A stretch of 64,000 nucleotides of DNA from a plasmid: the sequence record NZ_CP082905.1; one strand, written 5' to 3'. Positions 20,387 through 29,911 of this stretch are shown piece after piece. The position numbers and the translations under genes were made by a program. The notes beneath the pieces were generated by a model. The model was not told where the DNA came from and did no database searches. It was given only the letters and a program-made list of their open reading frames with translations. Position 1 is the first letter of the stretch. Each line of letters starts with the position of its first letter.

Positions 20387-20898
20387 TCATTCTGCTTTGC
20401 CGGTTACAAGCACGTTCATCAGCCCTAAATCTGAATACGCGTAGCGCAGCAGCTGCAGGCCGGCAAAGAACACTGCCGTGTTCAGAAAGGGCAGCAGCCA
20501 CAGGCTCATGTTGTGCATGGCCATGCCGGCCAGCGGTGGCATGATAAGCGCGCTCACACCCGTGGCCACAAACACAGCAGTCAGGTTTCGTCCGCGAGCA
20601 AAGCGTCCTTTTTCACGTCTCACCAGCTGCGGGTGCAGCAGAAGGGTCACGGGCATCATCCCGGGGCGGCTTTTCATTTCCCGGATACGTGCCGTTTCGG
20701 CGTCCGTCAGGTTATGTATACCTGAAAAGTCCTGAATAAATGCCTCCACCACGCTCTGCACGACCTCACTGCAGCGGGGCTCGCCCCCCCCTTACTCCAG
20801 CGTCGAAGCAGCGCGCCTTTAGCCCTGAATTCAGGCAGCCAGGCCATCAGCATCATCAGGGAAACGGCCGCAGTGGCCGCAATCAGCAGTAATGTCAT
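20387..20898 (-). pseudogene. membrane protein gene split into two frames (20707-20898 and 20387-20761) at a G8 homopolymer (plus-strand C8 at 20784-20791)
   Basis: Hand translation shows frame 2 opens immediately at the G tract; a +/-1 slip fuses the two ORFs into a protein of about 170 aa. Confidence 0.5.
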
Positions 20899-20903
20899 AG
20901 GGT

Positions 20904-23900
20904 CTACTCCAGCGTTTTTTGGGGTTTATGGCCAAACTCCGGCTCGGGTTCGCTGCGCTCATGGCGCATGACGTTTACTCCATCGTTCATCATCGTGGCG
21001 CGGTCTTCCCGCTCCGGCGACAGGTGATAGTCGCGGTAATCGAATGCCTCCTCTTCACGCAGCTCTTCCAGTGCCGCCGCAAGCGCAGCCTCGCGTTCGC
21101 TGTCCCTGTCATCCGGTGCGCTCCGCGCCTCATCGGGCATGACGGGTTCCGGCTCTTTCTCCTCCTGCTCCTGTGCCGCTTTAACGGCTTTCTCCAGCGC
21201 CTCGGCCTCGCGACGATCCAGCTCCTCACCCCCCGACTCTGCAGCTGCCGGCGCATTCCTGTCATCGTGACGCTCACTGTGTTCAGCCGCGAGCACCACC
21301 GGGCTGTCCGGGTTGTCCTTCATCAGCTGCAGCGCCTCAGCAATATCCGCGGCTTCCAGCACCTTTCCGTGCTTTTCCCCACGCTGCAGCACGATGCGGC
21401 TGCCGTCCGCTGCCCCTTCATAGTGAGCGGCAGAAAAATCCACTTCCCCGCTTGAGGGCGAAACGGGAACGTGCCAGTTGCCCCGCTGTCTTCCGTGCTC
21501 GTTAATAACCGGCCAGAGCATCTCCGGCGTTTTACCCGCCATAAACCGCGCATCCGCCGTCAGGTCCTGGTCAACCCGGTCCGCCAGTCGCGTCCCGGAC
21601 ACCGGCAGGCTTTTCTCCCATGCCTGCACCTCCCGTCCCGCACGCACGTCCTCCGCCCGCATCAGCACGTCGTGCACCGTCTGGCGCCGCCCGCTTTTGC
21701 TTTCAACCCGGTCGGCCCAGCCGGACAGGTTGTCGAAGTAGGTCTGAACGTGTTCTTTTGCCCTTGAGAGCTGCACATAGGTGCTGTCCAGGGCGGCCAT
21801 CATTTTGCGCGCCCCCTCTTCCCCGAACAGGCCAATCAGGTATTTTACTGACGCGCCCTGCGAGCTGTAGGTGGTGACGCCGTAGCCGTAGTCCAGATGA
21901 CGGTCGGCGTAACGCGCGGCCGGCTCAAATGACAGCTGACGGTCGCCGGTATCAAGCGTGATTTTTCCGTCCGCCGCAATGCCTGACACCACGGCCATGT
22001 CGCTGGCGCGCAGGTTGCGGTCGCGGTCGGTGGCCGTCAGGCGGATTTTTTCACCGGGGCTGATTTCCCTCGTCACCTCCTCAAATACCGCCACCTCTTC
22101 CTTGCGCAGTTCGGCAGGTCTGACCCAGCGGTCAGCGGCTCCGTCAAGCCCGGCCATGCGCACCACGCCGCTTTCTGCGTCTGTTTTGCCGATCCGGTAA
22201 TACTGTTCGCCCCGCTTAACCACTTTCCCCTCCTGCTCTTCCCAGAACGCCTGCCGCCCGAGGTCGGCATTACTGTTATTAATGCGCATCAGCAGCGGCA
22301 GCGTGACACCGTCACCCAGCGTGCCCTGCTCCCGAAGGCGCGCATGCACCGCCTCATTTATGGCCTGGCGATCGGCATTGAGCTCCGTCACGATAAGCGT
22401 GTTGTCACGCGCCTCCGCCGTGCGCCCGCTGTAATCGTCCGCAATAAGGCCGATGAGGTCCGGGCCCGTTTTCTCATCCGGACCGGTCTCCTCTTTTTCC
22501 ATTTTGCTGCCGTCCATCGTGCTGCTTTCCGGCACGTAGGCGCCCGGCTGGCGCGGCACGCTCTGCGGGCTGGTTTCGGCCGTTATCCGTACCGCCTCAC
22601 GCACGTTGCCGGCAATAACGGCCTCCACGGCAGGCTTCAGCGCGGGGATCTGACGCACGATTTCCTTCATCACCGCGACATCGGCCGCGCTGCGTTCAAG
22701 CGCCAGTGCAAAGGGCGCACCGGACTCCAGCGATTTCAGCTGGTCCTGGTCACCGCTCAGAACGGCGCGGCCGCCGCCTTCGGCGATCACGTTCATCAGC
22801 GAGGCCATCTGGGCGTTGCCGTTCATGGACGATTCATCGATGACAAAGAGGGTGTTTCGGAAGTCACGCGCCTGCCCGGCGGCCTGCCACTGGCTGCTTT
22901 CGCTGAGAAAGCTGGCGATGGTCTGCGAAGGAATGCCCGCGTCGGAAAGTTCACTGACGGCGCGGTGCGTGGGTGCCAGGCCGCGAATTTCCGGGCCGTC
23001 CGCCACGGCTGCCAGCGCCGCCGCCACGGTGCGGTACTGCGTGGTTTTCCCCACCCCGGCGTAACCCTGGATGGCGGTGAAGCGGTCGCGCGTGGTCAGG
23101 ATAAGGTTGCCCGCCCCGCGCTGCCCCTCCGTCAGGCCAGCCGCGTTCTCCTCACTCAGCCCCCCTGTCAGCAGCGGCTTCACGCTGTTTTTTCCTTCGG
23201 CGACGTGGCGCAGGATAGATACTTCGTTTTCAAAGTTTTCGCGCGAGATGTATCTGCCTGCCGCGCCCTGCTCCGCGCTGAGTTCAAAAATCTCGCCGCG
23301 CTGCACCAGGCGTGACAGCTCCTCCTGCGCACGATCGGGGGTTATGCTGCGGTCTGTACTGATAACGTTAGCCAGCACCCGGACCCCCGTGAACGTGACG
23401 TCCGTGCCGGCGGCTTTCTCAATGGCCAGGCGCATTACGCGCTCCGGCTGCGACATCCTGCGCGATTCCAGCTCGCGCAGCGCGTCGGTCAGGTCGCTTT
23501 CGCCCGAGAGCGACTTAATGCCCTGCGTCACGCTCACCACCGGGCGGTTTTCCTCCAGCCGGCGGCCGATGGTGACCTCGTCCAGCGGGGTGAAGGCGAT
23601 GACATTTGAGCCGCTGCGGCGCAGCATGTTGACGGTCGCGTCGTTCACTTCTTTGCCCGCCAGCACCGCCACCACGCTGCCCTCCGTGCGCCGCGTGGCA
23701 CCAAAGGACTCTGTATAGGCGTAATCGGCGTACAGCGGCGCGTTGCGGTCCAGCTTCACGCGCTCGCCTTTTGCGTTTTCCATCAGGATGACGTCCTTAA
23801 ACAGCCAGCGTCCCTCTTTCACACCGGTGACGGTCAGCCGCTCGCCGCTGCCGGCACGGCTGCCGAGCTCAGCCGTGGCGCGCAGCTGCTCGCCCTCTCG

Positions 23901-26024
23901 CAGCTCCAGCTTTTTCTCCCGGAACAGCCGGTAATGGCTGTCAATGCTGCTGATGCTGATCCCATGTTTCTGGCCCTTTTCGTCCGACACCGTCAGCAGG
24001 TTGTGACGCTCGCTGACGCCGGTAATGGTAAAAACCGACTTCTGCCCCGGCCCCTCGTGCTGCTCCAGCACCATGCCCGCGCGGTACACGCTGCGGTCGT
24101 TGCGGTTGGTGGCGTCCAGCCACACCGGCACCCGTACCGTGGCCTCACCCAGTACCCGTCCGAGCTGGCCCTCATCGGTCAGGATTTCCCGGGTGCGGGC
24201 CGTGAGCTGGTCGCGCGTGCGCGCGTTGCCCGCCTGCAGCGATACCGGACGCCCCAGCGCCTTTTCCTGGGCGTAGTAGCGCGCCGCCACGCTGAGCCGG
24301 TCTTCTACCGTGTCCTTCTGCACCATCGTCACGCGTACGTTTTCGGTTTTCGGGGTGGCGGTGAACTGCTTCACGCCCGCGCTGCTCAGCACTTCGGACG
24401 CAAAGCCCGCCGTTCGCCTGGCGTGCGTGTCGGTCACAAGCGTGGTGCCCTCCTGCTGCGCGGCCGCTTTCAGCACGTCGTGCAGCCCGGAGGTATTAAA
24501 CCGCTCAGCCTCCGCGACCAGCACCAGCGGACGTGCCGGCAGCTCAGCGGTTTTCATCTCCTCCGCCGTCATAAGCATCACACCGGGTTTATCCCCGAAG
24601 GTGGCCTGCTGGCGCTTTCGCGCAGCTCCGTCGGCCGCCACCACGATTAACGGACGTTTGTTTTCGCCGGCCATCGCCATGATGCTGCGGTTCAGATCGC
24701 TGATGAACTGCGTGCCGCCGCGCACATCGATGAGCGACACGGCACGATCGCCGTCAGCCACCTGCACCAGCACGCCCTTTTCTCCCGCCAGTGCCAGAAG
24801 CCCGCCGCGTTTCTCCGCAAGACCTGCGGCCAGCTGCGCCAGGCGCGCCTCGTCGCGGACGTGGGCTGCGGTGGTGAACAGCGTCTGGTTCTTGTCCACG
24901 GCGATCAGCTGACCGCGCCCGATGGCATTATCAATGGCACTGCGGGCCTGACCGTACACACCCGGCTCAACCGGGACGTGATTCAGCACGCTCGTCATCA
25001 CGTCGTCGTAGGTCACGCGCACGCTTTTTGAGGACAGGCGATCAATCGCCTCGCGCACCGCACCGTCCAGCAAGGAAGGTGTGGCCACCTTTTTCTCTTC
25101 ATTGGCGCTTTTTGCCTCCAGCGTCTGGCGGCGCGCCGCCACTTCCTGCCTGAACGTCTCCGCATCAAAACCGGTACCCTTCAGCACTGACTGCCAGTGT
25201 TCGCGCAGCGTTTCGGGATCTTCAAAATGTTTGGCCTGCCGGGAGTCGAGCGCAGCCATGCTCTTTTGCTTCGCCGTGGCGTTCTCGCCGACCAGATCGA
25301 CTATCTCTTGGCGGCGCGAGGAAAACGGCTTTACCGGCACGCCGGTGATGTCCCATTCGCCGCGCGGGCCGGTGTCTTCCGTCTGGTAGCCCGCCGGCTC
25401 AATAATGGAACGGAAATGGCCGCGATAGAGCGCGCCGATGCTGACCTGCTCGTTCCACACCACGTCGGTAAAGCCCTGTTTGCCGTTGATATCGGTGGAA
25501 AGGGTTTTCCAGCCGTTTTCCGAGAGCGTGGCGTTGGCAATGACCGCGTGCGTGTGCATCGCCGGGTCCAGGTTGCGGCTGGTATCGTGCATGAAGGTGG
25601 CAATTACCAGATTGCCGGTTTTCTCCATTTCGGTGATGCCGTCGGTCATGGTGCGCGTGGTGGCCAGCTTCTCCACCTCGTCCAGCGTGCGCCGCACCGC
25701 CTCTTTATGGGCATCCACCAGGAAGGTATCGCCGGTTACCAGCGCCAGTACCGACGCGCTTTTGGGCGCCGAGAACGTCAGGTCATAGCCCGGGCGGTGT
25801 TTATTAATCCCGCCCTCCATGCGACGCATGTCAGTGCCGTCCGGCAGCTGACCTTCCAGCACCGCCACGAAAGTATCGCGGTTTACCGGGCCTTCCAGGC
25901 CCAGGTTTTCCGCACCGGTGCCGTACCACTCCGTGGACTGCTCGCCGAGAAAGTAATAGTTATCTTCACTGGTATAGTAGGCGCCGGCCTTGCCGGCGTT
26001 TTTGACTGAAGAGACTGACAGCAT
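20904..26024 (-). CDS. traI: TraI relaxase-helicase (MobF)
   Basis: 1706 aa; N-terminal relaxase MLSVSSVKNAGKAGAYYTSEDNYY; RecD-like helicase motifs (GYAGVGKTT). Confidence 0.95.
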   Translation of the reverse strand: MLSVSSVKNAGKAGAYYTSEDNYYFLGEQSTEWYGTGAENLGLEGPVNRDTFVAVLEGQLPDGTDMRRMEGGINKHRPGYDLTFSAPKSASVLALVTGDTFLVDAHKEAVRRTLDEVEKLATTRTMTDGITEMEKTGNLVIATFMHDTSRNLDPAMHTHAVIANATLSENGWKTLSTDINGKQGFTDVVWNEQVSIGALYRGHFRSIIEPAGYQTEDTGPRGEWDITGVPVKPFSSRRQEIVDLVGENATAKQKSMAALDSRQAKHFEDPETLREHWQSVLKGTGFDAETFRQEVAARRQTLEAKSANEEKKVATPSLLDGAVREAIDRLSSKSVRVTYDDVMTSVLNHVPVEPGVYGQARSAIDNAIGRGQLIAVDKNQTLFTTAAHVRDEARLAQLAAGLAEKRGGLLALAGEKGVLVQVADGDRAVSLIDVRGGTQFISDLNRSIMAMAGENKRPLIVVAADGAARKRQQATFGDKPGVMLMTAEEMKTAELPARPLVLVAEAERFNTSGLHDVLKAAAQQEGTTLVTDTHARRTAGFASEVLSSAGVKQFTATPKTENVRVTMVQKDTVEDRLSVAARYYAQEKALGRPVSLQAGNARTRDQLTARTREILTDEGQLGRVLGEATVRVPVWLDATNRNDRSVYRAGMVLEQHEGPGQKSVFTITGVSERHNLLTVSDEKGQKHGISISSIDSHYRLFREKKLELREGEQLRATAELGSRAGSGERLTVTGVKEGRWLFKDVILMENAKGERVKLDRNAPLYADYAYTESFGATRRTEGSVVAVLAGKEVNDATVNMLRRSGSNVIAFTPLDEVTIGRRLEENRPVVSVTQGIKSLSGESDLTDALRELESRRMSQPERVMRLAIEKAAGTDVTFTGVRVLANVISTDRSITPDRAQEELSRLVQRGEIFELSAEQGAAGRYISRENFENEVSILRHVAEGKNSVKPLLTGGLSEENAAGLTEGQRGAGNLILTTRDRFTAIQGYAGVGKTTQYRTVAAALAAVADGPEIRGLAPTHRAVSELSDAGIPSQTIASFLSESSQWQAAGQARDFRNTLFVIDESSMNGNAQMASLMNVIAEGGGRAVLSGDQDQLKSLESGAPFALALERSAADVAVMKEIVRQIPALKPAVEAVIAGNVREAVRITAETSPQSVPRQPGAYVPESSTMDGSKMEKEETGPDEKTGPDLIGLIADDYSGRTAEARDNTLIVTELNADRQAINEAVHARLREQGTLGDGVTLPLLMRINNSNADLGRQAFWEEQEGKVVKRGEQYYRIGKTDAESGVVRMAGLDGAADRWVRPAELRKEEVAVFEEVTREISPGEKIRLTATDRDRNLRASDMAVVSGIAADGKITLDTGDRQLSFEPAARYADRHLDYGYGVTTYSSQGASVKYLIGLFGEEGARKMMAALDSTYVQLSRAKEHVQTYFDNLSGWADRVESKSGRRQTVHDVLMRAEDVRAGREVQAWEKSLPVSGTRLADRVDQDLTADARFMAGKTPEMLWPVINEHGRQRGNWHVPVSPSSGEVDFSAAHYEGAADGSRIVLQRGEKHGKVLEAADIAEALQLMKDNPDSPVVLAAEHSERHDDRNAPAAAESGGEELDRREAEALEKAVKAAQEQEEKEPEPVMPDEARSAPDDRDSEREAALAAALEELREEEAFDYRDYHLSPEREDRATMMNDGVNVMRHERSEPEPEFGHKPQKTLE

Positions 26025-26032
26025 GATTCACC

Positions 26033-28192
26033 TCAGTTGCGGTCCAGACCAAAATCCGCGTGTTTATGTTTAACCACATCCATAACCTGCAGCGGCCGCT
26101 CAGTTTCGCGCTCTGAAACCGGTGCTGGCGCAGGGCTGTCGGCTGCAGGAGCACGTGTGGGATCAGCAACAGGCGGCGGTAAGGCGGTAACCCGGCCGCC
26201 CTTCTCGTCCGGCGCTGACTGCGCTGAGGCCGTTTCGGCGGCGTTTGTCGCGCTTTCAGCCGGCGCCGCTGCGCTCTGCGCTCCCGCTGCGGCCTGAGCG
26301 CTTTCGGCTCCCTGCTCGTCTGCAGCGGTTGCTGCCGCGTCGCCAAACAGCCTGCCCACAATCTGGCCCGCCTGGTCATCGCTGGTTTCGCCCGCCAGCG
26401 TCGCCTCGATGTCCGGGTCAAACACATCTTCCACATCGCGGGGAATACGCCCCTCAGCGATTTCGCGGTAGGCTCTCCAGGTTAGCTTCATGCGCACCAC
26501 CGGCCACTCGCCCGGCAGAGTGATGTAGCACTCAAGGTCATTAAGGCTCTGCACGTCGGAATAGCTGACCAGGAACTCGTTCACCTCGTCTTTGGAGAAC
26601 TGCACGCCGTCGCGAATGATGTCGATGCCGTAGCTGTACTGGTCCTTGAACTTCTTATGGCGCTGCTCGCCAATCTCCTTCTGTACCCAGTCCGCAATCG
26701 AGCCACTGGGCGCACGGTAAAAGACGCGGGTGTTCAGCAGGTCCCAGATCGATTTAGCCGCATTGGTACCGTACGTCTCTTCCAGCTGCGGGAAGTTCTG
26801 CAGGCCGGCGACGGTACAGCCGCCGAACTTACGGCCCTCGGCGCAGAACTCCGGCAGAATGGGCAGTTTGTGCAGGGACGGCAGCTCGTCCAGGAAGATC
26901 CAGATGCGACGATTGCGGTCGGCCTTCAGGCCGAGAATGCCGGACATGGTCATATAGAGCCACGCGCTCAGTAGCGGCTTCAGCGCATTGTGGTTCTGGC
27001 CGTCGCTGGAGATAAAAATCCACGGATTGACGCCGCTTGCGTCTTCGGTGTGCAGCCAGTCGCGGATGTTAAACGGACGGCGCCCGCCCTGATCGAGCCC
27101 CTGCAGGTAACGCAGCGAGCGAACGTAGGTGGTGAGAATGGTGCGGATGGTCATCGCGGTTTTCTCGATGCTGCCGTCCACCAGGTTCGCCGCGTCTGTG
27201 CCTTCCAGGAACTGGCGCAGGTCCGCCAGGCTGATGGACATCAGCTTTTTCAGCAGCTCACCGATGCTGCGGTTCTTTTCGCGAGCCATGCGCCGGGCGG
27301 TGGCCACAAACAGCGAACGGGCCGACAGCACCCAGAACGGATCACTGCTGCCGCTGCTGTCGGGCAACAGCGAGGTGGCGAAGTTTTCAAAGTCGCCCAC
27401 CGTCCGGCACTCTTCCCAGAGGTCCCACGGTGCGCAGCGCGCATCGAACGGGTTGAGAATGAGATCTTTATCCTGACGGTAAAACGTCGGGATAAAGTTA
27501 TTGCCTTTGTCGTACACGATGACGCGATCGCCGCGCTCGCGAAGCTGGCGCAGAAGGTCGTTAAGCGCGGTACTCTTGCCCGACCCGACGGTACCGTGCA
27601 GGCCAAAATTCTGCATCTCGGAGTCTTTCAGGATATGCAGACCGCAGATGCTGAGCGGGGACATCACGCCGGCCTTTCTGAGCAGACGATTCACGACAGC
27701 AGGACTTGTCGCGAGAATACGGCCGCCGGTAAGCTCGCTCTCGCGCTGTTTAGCACCTTTGTTGCCCAGAAACCAGGTGATGGCCATAATGGCGGCGACG
27801 AAGGAGAACGCCGCAATGCCCCAGCCGTAAAACGCCGTGTCCTTGACGTGCTGGCCCATGAGCACAAAGTACGGATCGTTCATCACCTGCAGCGCCGTGT
27901 GTTTAAACGCCACCACCTCGCCGTTTGGCCGCTCAAAGTGAAAGGTCCAGCCGGACTGAGAGGGTCTGCCGGAGAGCTTCGACAGCGGCATGATGAACCA
28001 CTTAATCAGCCAGTAGGCGCTGCCGTGAATGAACTCCTGCAGCGTGAGCCGCAGGAGCATCCAAGAAAAGAATATCAGCACAGAAAAGAGCACAACCCAG
28101 TAGGAGGCGATATTCATGATCTGCACAAACATGCCGATCATGTATTTCATCACCTGGCCGCCCTGGGTGAAGTCGCGGGCGTTGAGGCTCAT
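26033..28192 (-). CDS. traD: TraD type IV coupling protein
   Basis: MSLNARDFTQGGQ N-terminus, TM helices, Walker A GTVGSGKS, acidic Q/P-rich C-terminus. Confidence 0.95.
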   Translation of the reverse strand: MSLNARDFTQGGQVMKYMIGMFVQIMNIASYWVVLFSVLIFFSWMLLRLTLQEFIHGSAYWLIKWFIMPLSKLSGRPSQSGWTFHFERPNGEVVAFKHTALQVMNDPYFVLMGQHVKDTAFYGWGIAAFSFVAAIMAITWFLGNKGAKQRESELTGGRILATSPAVVNRLLRKAGVMSPLSICGLHILKDSEMQNFGLHGTVGSGKSTALNDLLRQLRERGDRVIVYDKGNNFIPTFYRQDKDLILNPFDARCAPWDLWEECRTVGDFENFATSLLPDSSGSSDPFWVLSARSLFVATARRMAREKNRSIGELLKKLMSISLADLRQFLEGTDAANLVDGSIEKTAMTIRTILTTYVRSLRYLQGLDQGGRRPFNIRDWLHTEDASGVNPWIFISSDGQNHNALKPLLSAWLYMTMSGILGLKADRNRRIWIFLDELPSLHKLPILPEFCAEGRKFGGCTVAGLQNFPQLEETYGTNAAKSIWDLLNTRVFYRAPSGSIADWVQKEIGEQRHKKFKDQYSYGIDIIRDGVQFSKDEVNEFLVSYSDVQSLNDLECYITLPGEWPVVRMKLTWRAYREIAEGRIPRDVEDVFDPDIEATLAGETSDDQAGQIVGRLFGDAAATAADEQGAESAQAAAGAQSAAAPAESATNAAETASAQSAPDEKGGRVTALPPPVADPTRAPAADSPAPAPVSERETERPLQVMDVVKHKHADFGLDRN

Positions 28193-28365
28193 TGAAAATC
28201 CTTTATGTGGAAACAGTGGTAAACGTGCAGAGCTGCGGACAGGCGTATGCCAGGCAGGTAGCTGCGCGGGGTTTAATTACGGTGTGAACGTGCCCTGCTG
28301 GGCTGACGTGATATTCCGCCTCCTCCGCCAGACGCAGGGCGCGTCAGGCTGTGCGGCGGGCGGTC

Positions 28366-29283
28366 TCAGCGGTCTGAAACCTGAAACAGCGGCTGGTTAA
28401 TCTGGTACTCGACAAACTGCTTTTCGGCGCCAGAAAGGGCGCGAAAATGCGCGGAAAAACGACGGATACAGTTCATCAGGTTAGTGGTATTGGTAAAAAA
28501 CACCGGGCATACCGCGCGAACTTCCTGCAGCACGGGCTGAATGATCGACGTAAACGCATCGAGCTCCCCGGTTTCTTTCATGTCGCTTTCGATAAGCTCT
28601 TCATGCTCTGTAACCGGACACACCGTCACGCCCGGATAGGCGTAAAGCACACGCAGCGTGTCCGCGTAGTCGCGTACTTTGCAGTCAAAGGCGTCTTCCA
28701 GCGCCGGCAGGCGGTTGTTGCTTCTGGCAGGCGAAAGCAGCCGTTCAGGCTCCACGGTCGCGGCAGTATAGTATTCGGTCTGCTGCCGGATAATCCCGGC
28801 CGGGTCTGCGCGACGCCAGATAGCCGGTTCACGTACAGACGGCCTGTCGCCGGCATTCACGGTCAGGCGAGGCTGACAGGATGCGGGTATCCAGTTTTTC
28901 GTGAGGTCGGGAGCCTTATCCCGGAACGGCGTATTCCGGACGCCACTCCAGAGATGAATGACGTCCGTTGCCGCATCGTCTGCACCCACGATGTGCATAT
29001 GTACCCGGTGCAAAGACACATCGCCCTGCACGAACCAGCGGGTAATTACGGTAATATCCGTTACGTAAGTGTCCGTATTCAGCAGAATGCCGTGAATGGC
29101 CTTACGGCCTTTTTTACGGCAGACATAATGCAGGCGCTTATTTGGCGACGGGAACCGAACGGTAATATCTCTTTCAGCCTGCAGATGCAAACCCAGCTCA
29201 GGAATTTCGACATCAATTAAATCAACAGAGATATTTGAGTAGTTAAGAAAAAAAGAGGGGGTCAGATGAATTAGCATTATCAC
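28366..29283 (-). CDS. hypothetical cytoplasmic protein (305 aa) in the position normally held by traT
   Basis: No signal peptide or lipobox; no similarity to the TraT pattern as I recall it; sits between traS and traD. Confidence 0.5.
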   Translation of the reverse strand: MIMLIHLTPSFFLNYSNISVDLIDVEIPELGLHLQAERDITVRFPSPNKRLHYVCRKKGRKAIHGILLNTDTYVTDITVITRWFVQGDVSLHRVHMHIVGADDAATDVIHLWSGVRNTPFRDKAPDLTKNWIPASCQPRLTVNAGDRPSVREPAIWRRADPAGIIRQQTEYYTAATVEPERLLSPARSNNRLPALEDAFDCKVRDYADTLRVLYAYPGVTVCPVTEHEELIESDMKETGELDAFTSIIQPVLQEVRAVCPVFFTNTTNLMNCIRRFSAHFRALSGAEKQFVEYQINQPLFQVSDR

Positions 29284-29349
29284 CTCAAATCTTTAATTAA
29301 AGAAACATTGCCCGCCATTTTATGACGGGCCTAACGTGAAGATGGGCAA

Positions 29350-29883
29350 TTATCGATTTAAATTATCTTTTGCGGCGCTTAAAACACCAAATAAACCAGC
29401 CAACTGAAAGCGGGATATATCAAAATTAAAAGCGAGTGCAATAATCACTGTGGATAACAGAGATATACCTGCTAATGCTATGATATTTAATATTGAAAAG
29501 ACAGAAACCAACCCAGCCACAACTATGGCAGCAACCCAAACCAGATAGTAAACCTTTACTTTTTTGGTATAGATTCTCACTATCTCATACCTTTGCCCGG
29601 CGTCTTTAGGGAGCATGGAAAAAATCCGCCCATACCCACTCATAAATAAAGTAATAAATACCCAAAAAAATATTGATATTACCCCAACACCCTGCCAAAC
29701 CGTCTTAATGTACACATCGGTGTATATACAAGCAATGTAAAAGCAGAAATATATCAACGCAGGTAATAGTCCACCCTTAATGCTTTGAAAAACACCTGGA
29801 ACTACCGAATTTGACCTGGCAAGCTCTTCCGAGATTTGCCTCACCTCAAGTTTAATTTGATTATATGTGATACTCATACTCAA
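29350..29883 (-). CDS. traS: TraS-like entry-exclusion inner-membrane protein
   Basis: AT-rich, 177 aa, 4-5 TM helices, immediately downstream of traG. Confidence 0.6.
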   Translation of the reverse strand: MSMSITYNQIKLEVRQISEELARSNSVVPGVFQSIKGGLLPALIYFCFYIACIYTDVYIKTVWQGVGVISIFFWVFITLFMSGYGRIFSMLPKDAGQRYEIVRIYTKKVKVYYLVWVAAIVVAGLVSVFSILNIIALAGISLLSTVIIALAFNFDISRFQLAGLFGVLSAAKDNLNR

Positions 29884-29911
29884 ACCTCAATTTTAAATTA
29901 GTGACCATTGG

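Noticed and set aside
22344-26009. Several long plus-strand ORFs (e.g. 22344-23315, 23071-23718, 23934-24650, 25197-26009) inside the traI region
   Set aside because: They are antisense shadow ORFs of a 60%+ GC gene (Arg/Ala/Gly-rich, no RBS or family features). traI on the minus strand accounts for the region.
26990-28195. 401-aa plus-strand ORF opposite traD, and the 496-aa ORF (32890-34380) opposite traH
   Set aside because: High-GC antisense artefacts; their translations are low-complexity and the minus-strand genes have clear family motifs.
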